Origin: Paraspadella gotoi
Lineage: Eukaryota > Animalia > Chaetognatha
Assembly (NCBI GenBank): GCA_051294375.1
Contig: CM119263.1
Location: 6,360,478 to 6,424,477, forward strand
Direction: 5' to 3'
DNA: 64,000 nt
The position numbers and the translations under genes are program-made. This document shows positions 54,381 to 64,000 of this stretch, one piece after another; the first letter of the stretch is position 1, and each line of letters begins with the position of its first letter. The notes beneath the pieces were generated by a model, which was given only the letters and a program-made list of their open reading frames with translations, ran no database searches and was not told where the DNA came from.

Positions 54381-57300
54381 ATGGCAGAACTCGACATCCA
54401 AACGGTTCGTCTTAAGAGGATTGACACTGGAACCCCCTGGGGTTTTCGATTACAAGGTAGTTATTTTTTGTTCATTCTGACCATTTATTTCAAACAGTTG
54501 ATTTTTTTATTCATTTCATAAATATATGGGGTGTTCTGGTAAGGGTGGTTTAAGGTTAAGGAAGAGTAGAGTTAAGGTAGTTAGTAATAATATTTACTTA
54601 TTTTTAAAAAAAAAAGAAATTTAATGTATTGTTTCTTAAAAGAATCGAAAGTAAAATTTTACCGAGTTTATAATTAACAAAATATATGGCTTTTAGTTTC
54701 TTTTAGTAAAAATTGATTTGCCTTCATTACTTGATTACTTAGCTTTACCCTAATTTCTGCTTATTAATTTTTTTTTCTTGCATATCCTAATTATTTAGGA
54801 GGCAAGGACTTTCACACGCCATTGTCCGTTCAGAAAGTCGCTGAGAAATCAATTGCGAAACGGGCCGGAGTTAAAGAAGGCGATGCTATTCTTGCAATCG
54901 GCAAAGCAAAAACAGAAAATCTTGATCATGAGGAAGCAAAAATGGAAATTATACGTAATGGAAATGAACTCGAGTTTATCGTTTGTGGTATTTTAAGGAA
55001 ATCAATAATGTATAAACTGTAAAGCTGTAAACTGGTATGTGCAATTGTGCATACTTTCTAATTCAACAATTTTTTTTCTAAACATTACAGTCCAGCGTGG
55101 TGCGGTCAAAATTTGGCAGCCTGAAGTGACGCCTATTTCGTCTTTGCGACCTAAAGAGTTTAATTTGAACAAGCCAATGGGCGAATCTCCACCTCCATTA
55201 CAAAAACCTCCTTGCAAGCCCATAAACCATCTTACGTTTCGATTGGCGTTACCCATAATAGAGCGCCCAAGGTATTTTAGCAATCCTATTTTTCTAAAAA
55301 GTTTGTGTGTTAACCAACTTATTTGCCTCAAATAAATTCTAGGGTTTTGCACCATCAGCATCGGTTAATTTACCTGATAATAAGCAAATGATCCAGCAAG
55401 TCAACTCGCCATCTCCCTATATTCAGCCGAAAACGCAGCAGAAGCATTTACTAGTCAAATGGGAGCACACGTTTCAAAACTGAAGTTACGGGATTAAATC
55501 TTAATGATAAAAAACCAGCGATGCCGCACCGACCCTCGTTGTATGGAGAAGATGAAGGCAGCCATCCACAGGTTAAAATCAGGACTAATACTGATAGTAA
55601 TAGGACTATAACTCTTTGATCATTTGCAATTGACTTATACTATAATTCTGGTTTTACTTAGGTTCAATCACGTTCTTTTATGATGCTGCAACAAGCCTTA
55701 GACGATTCTGAAGGGACACCGAATCTTCCAGTTCTAGATGGTCAAAAGAGGGCGGGGTGAATGCTCCGAATCCAGAATTACCATGCCCTCAAGGGGTGAC
55801 ACCGATCAGGCCTGTGAAACCACCGACTCCAAAAGCTCCATCTGAAAAATTACCCCAGCAACAACATATGACTTGCTTTGTTTGCAGCGGATTATGCACA
55901 GGTTTGTCGTTGAACAGCAGATTACCATAATGAAAATATAGTTTTAGGATTTAAGAAGTGTAACGAAAAATTCGTTTAACAACAATTTATTAAGTTTATA
56001 AGGACATGTTTTGACTCTATTTGTGTGATGAAGACTCGAAACATAGTCGAAACATGTCCTTATTAACTTAATAAATTGTTGTTAAAAAACGAGTTTTTCT
56101 TACACTCCTTAAATTTACAATTAAACAACAAAAAGAAAGATTGAATACAAAGTTATAGGATTTTAATTTTATCTCAAAGATAAGAACACCAAAGCTTTTT
56201 AAAATTCTAATACTTAAGGGAGTGGTCTTTTATACAAAACAATTATTTAAAACATTATACCACTTCATTGATAGGGAAGCCAGGTACCCTGGGTTAAATA
56301 AACTTCACTGAGAAAGTTTGGATTGAAGTCTTGCAATGATGCCCGGCTATGTTATTATTTAATTTTCTTTAATTTTTTGGATTCAGATATAGCTCAAGAA
56401 GTCACTTTTTAGTAGTTTACTTGGTATCTGTTTGTCCATTGATTTGTCCCTCTCATTTATCAATTAAGTTCACACTTGGTAAATTAACGCAAGACCTTAC
56501 AAGTGCACGTTTATGTATCATTCTGGTGGAGTCATTTGATCACCTAAAAAATTGTTCACACAACCAAAAAACAATGCCGTATAATTCATGAAATACTAAA
56601 TCATTTTAAGTGATATTTGGCTTTTCTGCATATTGTTCATACTTTGTCACGTGATCAAAAGTTAAATGCAGCATACTGTGTGTAATATTTGTTTTTTTGC
56701 TTAACTTAACATAAAAGTTAAAAACAATTTAAACAATATATATAAATAATAATAACTTTTATTCAACTTTTTTTGTTCTATGGGAATCAGTTTATGAATG
56801 TAACCTTTTGCGACGATTTTGCTGTGGTTCTGCACATAAGTGGCGTCGTCATTGTCGTTGTCGGCGTTCCAAATTATAAATCGCCTTTTTGATGATTAAA
56901 TTTGGGTGTATGAAGATAAAAATTTATCTACATCTTCTCATCATCGATGTCCTTAAAATTGGGTCAGGACAGTTATTAAATGTTTTGTTTGTTTTATCAA
57001 AACAAACAAATCTCCTTTATTTTATTTTTATGTTTCTTTCTCTCTCTCTTTTCTCTTTTAATTATATGTAGAAATCTCTCTCTCTTTTCCCCAGTGCTGA
57101 TTCATTGAAAAAAAAACGAGTCTGCAGCTGGCTCTGCTGGGGCTCTTTCTTTTTCTCTCTTTTTCGCCTGTGCTTCTGCCTTTTGACTTTTTTTTTTCTG
57201 TTCTCTCTATTCTCTCTCTCTTCTCTCTCTCTCTCTCTTTTTTTCTCTTTTTTTTTCTCTTTTTTTTTCTCAGGGGCTGCGTCTGCTAATCAGTTTATTG

Positions 57301-57815
57301 ATAATAATTTTTTTTTTTCTTTTTTTTTTCAGAAACTAACTTTAATTTTCCTCGCGTACTTATTATTTTTTTAATTGACAATCGCAAAATAGAATTAATT
57401 TTCTTTTCTTCCCTTTCTATTCTTTCTTTCTTCTTTTCTTCTCCTTCATTCTTTCTTTCCTTTCTTTATTCTTTCTTCTTTTTCTTTCTGTTTTATAAAT
57501 TATTTCTTTTCTCAAATTTGATTTTTTAGTATCAAAATTTGTCGTCAATCCAGATTTTTCTTATGCGATTGCGACGATCCTTATGCTTTTAAGATTGTTT
57601 AGCATAAATATTGTAAATTTTGTTGACAGGAGTGTTTGTAAAGATCCATGGTCAACCACTCCATCCTGATTGCTTTCGATGCAAGATTTGCCGGATGAAT
57701 CTTAAACAAAAAGGATTTATTTTGGATTAATAATGAAATGTACTGTGAAACACTATGCCAAGCAATAGTTTCTCAACCACCTGCTCCTGGAATGGTTCCA
57801 GTTGTCCTTAATTAA
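54381..57815 (+). CDS. PDZ and LIM domain protein (ALP/Zasp-type: PDZ + ZM motif + one LIM), copy 1, with apparent frameshifts
   Basis: Exons 54381-54456, 54799-~54981, 55091-55271, 55343-55571, 55662-55901, 57630-57815. PDZ starts [24 protein letters not shown]; ZM-like NSPxxLYS; QSRSF motif; LIM CFVC..HPDCFRCKIC..YCETH. Single-base deletions relative to copy 2 in exons 2-5, and indels in the last exon, break the frame (probably read errors, possibly pseudogenisation). Confidence 0.85.
55949..56150 (+). mobile_element. Penelope-like pLTR relic forming an inverted repeat, with a degenerate hammerhead, in the last intron of PDZ-LIM copy 1
   Basis: Arms ~55949-56016 and ~56045-56114 are reverse complements (ATAAGGACATGTTTTGACT / AGTCGAAACATGTCCTTAT). 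The centre carries TGATGAAGACT-CGAAACAT-AGTCGAAACATGTC, followed by AATAAA. Homologous to 47101-47200. Confidence 0.6.
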
Positions 57816-60800
57816 CTACAGAACAAACCGCAAAAACAAAGACAAATCGCTTTGACTGGTTAATTTTTTTGCTGTCAAGTAGTTAGTGATTTTATTGCAG
57901 TCTCAAAAGCTTCTGTATTAATGATTTTTCTTACGATCTGAATCTTCTTGGCACTTATAAATATGGCTTACGGCTCGTTCGTTATCTCTCTCCCCCCCCC
58001 CCAGCCGGGCAAAGGAAGGACGGGACGATGGTGCCGGGTCATTGGCTTGTTATTGGCTGTGAGGACAAGGTTGTCGCAAACGAGATCGAGGGACATATAT
58101 CATAATTTTTCGCCCCGGTTCGTAACAAAATTTTGGGAAATTTTGGCGAAAATGAAGATGAAAGATGGTAACTTCTACTTGAGCGCGCAGTTTTTCTGAA
58201 TGTAATAACCCTGATTAATGAAAATGTAGGATAGAGTAGCAGGTTGTCCAACGCATCCCCTCCAGAATTGGATTCCTGGGCGCGGTCACAAAAGCATATG
58301 CCGACATCTCTGAAACCTTGGAAAAGGTCATGGTTGCCAAAAGTTAATATTTTTTATGAATTGTGATATCTTTACAATTCTTAACATGTGTATTAATTTC
58401 CATGTCATAATTCGTTTATTTATCCATTCAAACGAATTTTTTTATTTAGTTCTTAAAGTTTGAATAGAATCGTTCAAATAAAATAAATTTTATCTATTTG
58501 TCTTATTTTAGCTTTAAACTAATATTTGGATAAATTGAATTAAAATATAATATTTAATGGAAAAAGTAATTGATGAAATTAAAAATTAAGTTTTGATGAA
58601 TTGTTTATGGAAATGGGTATAAATAAAAAAATATTTCGGTTCAACAACCGAAATATTTTTTCATTTAATTATCAAACACAACGAAAAGAGAGATTACAAT
58701 TATTTTATTATATATATAAATTTATGTATATACAAAATTATATCTTATTAAAAAAATTATTTCATTTTTTTAATAACAAATATATAATTTAATAAAAAGC
58801 AAAAAATATTTAAATAAAAAATAATTTCCAAACAAAAATTGGTACAAAATAAATCATTTATTAGGTAATCGCCATACTTTTGCTGACGGGAACTGAACTG
58901 GTTGGTTATTGTTTTATACATACATCATTATATTTTTTTTCTTGTTGTATCATAAAATGTTTTTTTCGAATTTTAAAAACTGATATGGGTAGAGCTAAAA
59001 AAATAAATAAAAAATATTATTAATACTAATAATAATAATAAATAAACTATTAATAATAGATTTCCAAATTTTTATGTTTTATCAATTAAAATTAGTAAAA
59101 ACTATAAAATTATAGTATGTTAATAATGATAATTTTTGGGAGTTTTCCCCCAATTTAACCCACTTATCATCGAAATGTTTTCATTGCCAATTCATTTATA
59201 AATATTGAAATGTTTCACTAGTTAAAAAAGTGATAGTAAATATATGATGAACAAAATGAATTTTGTATTATAGAACTTCTAATGATAAAAAGTGACAAAT
59301 TCTGGCCCGTCTTAGTAGTTAGGGTGAAGGGTAGTTAGGGTTAGGGGTGGTTACTGGTTAGTTAAAATTATGGTTACGGTTAAAGGTGGTTGGGGTAAAA
59401 TTAAAAAAAAACAATTATTTTTTTTTGTGATCAATTAATTAAAAAATTAAATATTAATTATATTTTTTTCTTTAATTCAAATTTAATTTTTAACAGATAA
59501 TAAAAAACCAGGGCTTAAGCATTTAGTTTAAGGAGAATGAGAGAGAAACATGTATTATAATAGCTATACTTAGTTAAATCAGAATTATATTATTATTTTT
59601 TAATATTAATCCGGAATTCCGGATTCATCATCTCATTAGTTAATTGTGGCATAAACGAGCAGAAATGGGGCGCTCTGGGAAAATAGTGCCAAAACTTTTT
59701 GGTGTTTTTCTAATGGACAGTAAACACCGGGTATCACAATGGAAAAGATTATGACATTTTCTTTCGTTTTTTGATTTTCGTAAACTCGATCGTTCTCTTC
59801 GGAAGACTAATTGCTTGCCCAATCCCCCAGAAAAAAAATTCGGTTGAATTTTTTTTTTCCATTTCTGAGTTTATCTTTGAAAAACTCTGTTTACAAGTTC
59901 AGCCCGATCCTTCTTCGAATTCCTCCAATCCACGTTGGTCTTTGAGAGAAGGAATGTTTCCTGTCTCACCGTCGATCCCTCGGTGAAAAAAAGCCTTTCC
60001 GAATTTTTTTTTTTCGGTCTGCCTAGTTATATTGTCGCTTTCCTTTTAAGAGTTGGAATTTTAATTTTATTTAAAAATTGGTTTCTCGGGTGAAACCGGA
60101 TTTTTTTTATTACTTAAGACCGATGACGTGATCGACACTGAAAACGTGATTGATAAGTCCAAAGGGGAAGTCTCTCGCATTTTTCCTAACATATATGGTT
60201 TCGTGTCATCGCGCGACTTATGATCTTGAATTATGTCACGACAAATGTCACGAAATTAGTTTTTTTTTTGCCTGATTGCCTCCTACGTCTCGAGTTTAAA
60301 AACACACATCAAACTTTTTTTCGTTTAAATTAAAATCATTCGGTTAACTTCGTCCTTTTTTCTTTGGATGTTGCTTCGACCATCTTTACTTCAAGCTATG
60401 TCAAAACATTACGTTCCTTCTTTGGGCCATTATTTTAATATTATATTGTAACTAATCATTTATGTATTTTGAGTAATTTTTACTTTTGCTCCGACTTTCT
60501 TTTTCTTTCCTTAGGCGTTGTCTGATTATCGGATGAATTTCTAGATGACCTTCCCACCCCTAGGCATTTTTGTGTTAACAACCAAAGACGTAATGACGTG
60601 CTTTTTCTCTTTTTCGCGATCTAACTAGTTATACAATCTTTCTTGTCAAATCGACCTATAAATGCTCTCTTCGATTTAAAAACATACAGCGGGCATAGTT
60701 CCAATCGAAGTTTTGCGCGTAGGAACTTTGAAGCGGAAAACAAGCCCGTTCCTAAGACGAATGAGTGAGCGAATTTGATCGAAGAAATCTCATCGTTATC

Positions 60801-60972
60801 TTTTTTTTTCGCTTATTGAACGCCAATCTGAAGATTTTTTTTTCTATTCGATTTGCCTCTTTCCGAATCCTCCAAGAAATTTCTGACCTTGAAGTATGCG
60901 GCTCGACTTTTTGAACGATTCGAAACCGTAGAACAACTGTTATCCGAATGAAAGGAAAATACTGTTGAAACC

Positions 60973-62498
60973 ATGGCAGAACTCGACATCCAAACGGTTC
61001 GTCTTAAGAGGATTGACACTGGAACCCCCTGGGGTTTTCGATTACAAGGTAGTTATTTTTTGTTCATTCTGACCATTTATTTCAAACAGTTGAATTTTTT
61101 TATTCATTTCATAAATATATGGGGTGTTCTGGTAAGGGTGGTTTAAGGTTAAGGAAGAGTAGAGTTAAGGTAGTTAGTAATAATATTTACTTATTTTTAA
61201 AAAAAAATGAAATTTAATGTATTGTTTCTTAAAAGAATCGAAAGTAAAATTTTACCGAGTTTATAATTAACAAAATATATGGCTTTTAGTTTCTTTTAGT
61301 AAAAATTGATTTGCCTTCATTACTTGATTACTTAGCTTACCCTAATTCTGCTTATTAATTTTTTTTTCTTGCATATCCTAATTATTTTAGGAGGCAAGGA
61401 CTTTCACACGCCATTGTCCGTTCAGAAAGTCGCTGAGAAATCAATTGCGAAACGGGCCGGATTAAAAGAAGGCGATGCTATTCTTGCAATCGGCAAAGCA
61501 AAAACAGAAAATCTTGATCATGAGGAAGCAAAAATGGAAATTATACGTAATGGAAATGAACTCGAGTTTATCGGTTTGTGGTATTTTAAGGAAATCAATA
61601 ATGTATAAACTGTAAAGCTGTAAACTGGTATGTGCAATTGTGCATACTTTCTAATTCAACAATTTTTTTTCTAAACATTACAGTCCAGCGTGGTGCGGTC
61701 AAAATTTGGCAGCCTGAAGTGACGCCTATTTCGTCTTTGCGACCTAAAGAGTTTAATTTGAACAAGCCAATGGGCGAATCTCCACCTCCATTACAAAAAA
61801 CCTCCTTGCAAGCCCATAAACCATCTTACGTTTCGATTGGCGTTACCCATAATAGAGCGCCCAAGGTATTTTAGCAATCCTATTTTTCTAAAAAGTTTGT
61901 GTGTTAACCAACTTATTTGCCTCAAATAAATTCTAGGGTTTTGCACCATCAGCATCGGTTAATTTACCTGATAATAAGCAAATGATCCAGCAAGTCAACT
62001 CGCCAGCTTCCCTATATTCAGCCGAAAACGCAGCAGAAGCATTTACTAGTCAAATGGGAGCACACGGTTTCAAAACTGAAGTTACGGGATTAAATCTTAA
62101 TGATAAAAAACCAGCGATGCAGCACCGACCCTCGTTGTATGGAGAAGATGAAGGCAGCCATCCACAGGTTAAAATCAGGACTAATACTGATAGTAATAGG
62201 ACTATAACTCTTTGATCATTTGCAATTGACTTATACTATAATTCTGGTTTTACTTAGGTTCAATCACGTTCTTTTATGATGCTGCAACAAGCCTTAGACG
62301 ATTCTGAAGGGACACCGAATCTTCCAAGTTCTAGATGGTCAAAAGAGGGCGGGGTGAATGCTCCGAATCCAGAATTACCATGCCCTCAAGGGGTGACACC
62401 GATCAGGCCTGTGAAACCACCGACTCCAAAAGCTCCATCTGAAAAATTACCCCAGCAACAACATATGACTTGCTTTGTTTGCGGCGGATTATGCACAG
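60973..62498 (+). CDS. PDZ and LIM domain protein (ALP/Zasp-type), copy 2, intact frame, 3' partial (last LIM exon expected just past the window end)
   Basis: Exons 60973-61048, 61391-61573, 61684-61865, 61937-62167, 62258-62498 splice in frame to [60 protein letters not shown]...QQVNSPASLYSAENAAEAF...VQSRSFMMLQQAL...MTCFVCGGLCT. This is the architecture of actinin-binding PDLIM/ALP/Zasp proteins. Confidence 0.9.
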
Positions 62499-62545
62499 GT
62501 TTTTCGTTGAACAGCAGATTACCATAATGAAAATATAGTTTTAGG

Positions 62546-62748
62546 ATTTAAGAAGTGTAACGAAAAATTCGTTACAAGCAATTTATTAAGTTTATATAAG
62601 GACATGTTTTGACTCTATTTGTGTGATGAAAACTCGAAACATAGTCGAAACATGTCCTTATTAACTTAATAAATTGTTGTTAAAAAACGAGTTTTCGTTA
62701 CACTCCTTAATTTACAATTAAACAACAAAAAGAAAGATTGAATACAAA
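62546..62748 (+). mobile_element. Duplicate of the Penelope-like pLTR palindrome in PDZ-LIM copy 2
   Basis: Near-identical to 55949-56150 as part of the 6.6-kb duplication (TGATGAAAACTCGAAACATAGTCGAAACATGTCC). Confidence 0.6.
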
Positions 62749-64000
62749 GTTATAGGATTTTAATTTTATCTCAAAGATAAGAACACCAAAGCTTTTTAAA
62801 ATTCTAATACTTAAGGGAGTGGTCTTTTATACAAAACAATTATTTAAACACTTATACGCAGCTTGCATTGATAGGGAAGCCAGGTACCCTGGGTGTAAAT
62901 AAACTTCACTGAGAAAGTTTGGATTGAAGTCTTGCAATGATGCCCGGCTATGTTATTATTTAATTTTCTTTTAATTTTTTGGATTCAGATATAGCTCAAG
63001 AAGTCCTTTTTAGTAGTTTACTTGGTATCTGTTTCCATTGATTTGTCCCTTCTCATTTTATCAATTAAGTTCACACTTGGTAAATTAACGCAAGACCTTA
63101 CAAGTGCACGTTTATGTATCATTCTGGTGGAGTCATTTGATCACCTAAAAAATTGTTCACACAACCAAAAATTCAATGCCGTATAATTCATGAAATACTA
63201 AATCATTTTAAGTGATATTTGGCTTTTTCTGCATATTGTTCATACTTGTCACGTGATCAAAAGTTAAATGCAGCATACTGTGTGTAATATTTGTTTTTGC
63301 TTAACTTAACATAAAAGTTAAAAACAATTTAAACAATATATATAAATAATAATAACTTTTATTCAACTTTTTGTTCTATGGGAATCAGTTTATGAATGTA
63401 ACCTTTTGCGACGATTTTGCTGTGGTTCTGCACATAAGTGGCGTCGTCATTGTCGTTGTCGGCGTTCCAAATTATAAATCGCCTTTTTGATGATTAAATT
63501 TGGGTGTATGAAGATAAAAATTTATCTACATCTTCTCATCATCGATGTCCTTAAAATTGGGTCAGGACAGTTATTAAATGTTTTGTTTGTTTTATCAAAA
63601 CAAACAAATCTCCTTTATTTTATTTTTATGTCTCTTTCTCTCTCTCTTTTCTCTTTTAATTATATGTAGAAATCTCTCTCTCTTTTCCCCAGTGCTGATT
63701 CATTGAAAAAAAACGAGTCTGCAGCTGGCTCTGCTGGGGCTCTTTCTTTTTCTCTCTTTTCTCCTGCTGCTTCTGCTGCTGCCTTTTGATTCTTTTTTTT
63801 TCTGGCTGCCTCTGCTGCTGCCGCTGCTGATTCGACCAAAAACGATTTGTCTTCTCTCTTTCTCTCTCTTTTTTCTCTTTTTTTTTCTGTTTATAAATTA
63901 ATTTTCTTTTTTTCCCTTTTTATTCTTTCTTTCCTTATATTCTTTCTATCCATTCTATTCTTTCTTTCTATTCTATTCTTTCTTTCCTTTCTATTCTTTT

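Larger units (their letters stand above)
51398..64000 (+). repeat. ~6.6-kb direct tandem duplication containing the PDZ-LIM gene
   Basis: Unit 1 ~51398-57991, unit 2 ~57992 to beyond 64000. Anchors CCCAGCCGGGCAAAGG at ~51404 and ~58000 and ATGs at 54381 and 60973 give an offset of 6592-6596. The copies are near-identical, differing mostly by 1-bp indels. Confidence 0.95.

Overview
Eukaryotic, metazoan-like draft genomic DNA with spliceosomal GT-AG introns, very dense (AG)n/(CT)n microsatellites, CpG-rich islands and nine N-gaps. I reconstructed three intron-containing genes by hand, with exon phases checked. (1) A minus-strand ~1553-aa orphan protein with an N-terminal TM/signal anchor, a helical-repeat region and a long disordered tail (12277-6574). 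(2) A plus-strand C3HC4 RING-finger gene (31393-43289) whose first exon reads through a single in-frame TGA-C into a correctly phased splice donor. (3) An ALP/Zasp-type PDZ-ZM-LIM gene present twice in a ~6.6-kb tandem duplication; copy 1 carries several single-base indels and copy 2 runs off the window. Non-coding highlights: a complete minimal type-I hammerhead ribozyme on the minus strand (50933-50975) and related Penelope-like pLTR/hammerhead relics, including an intronic palindrome in the PDZ-LIM gene. The triplicated 1.2-3.1 kb block at 23.5-31 kb is flanked by N-gaps and looks like a gap-filling artefact. Most ORFs in the supplied track are microsatellite or low-complexity artefacts.
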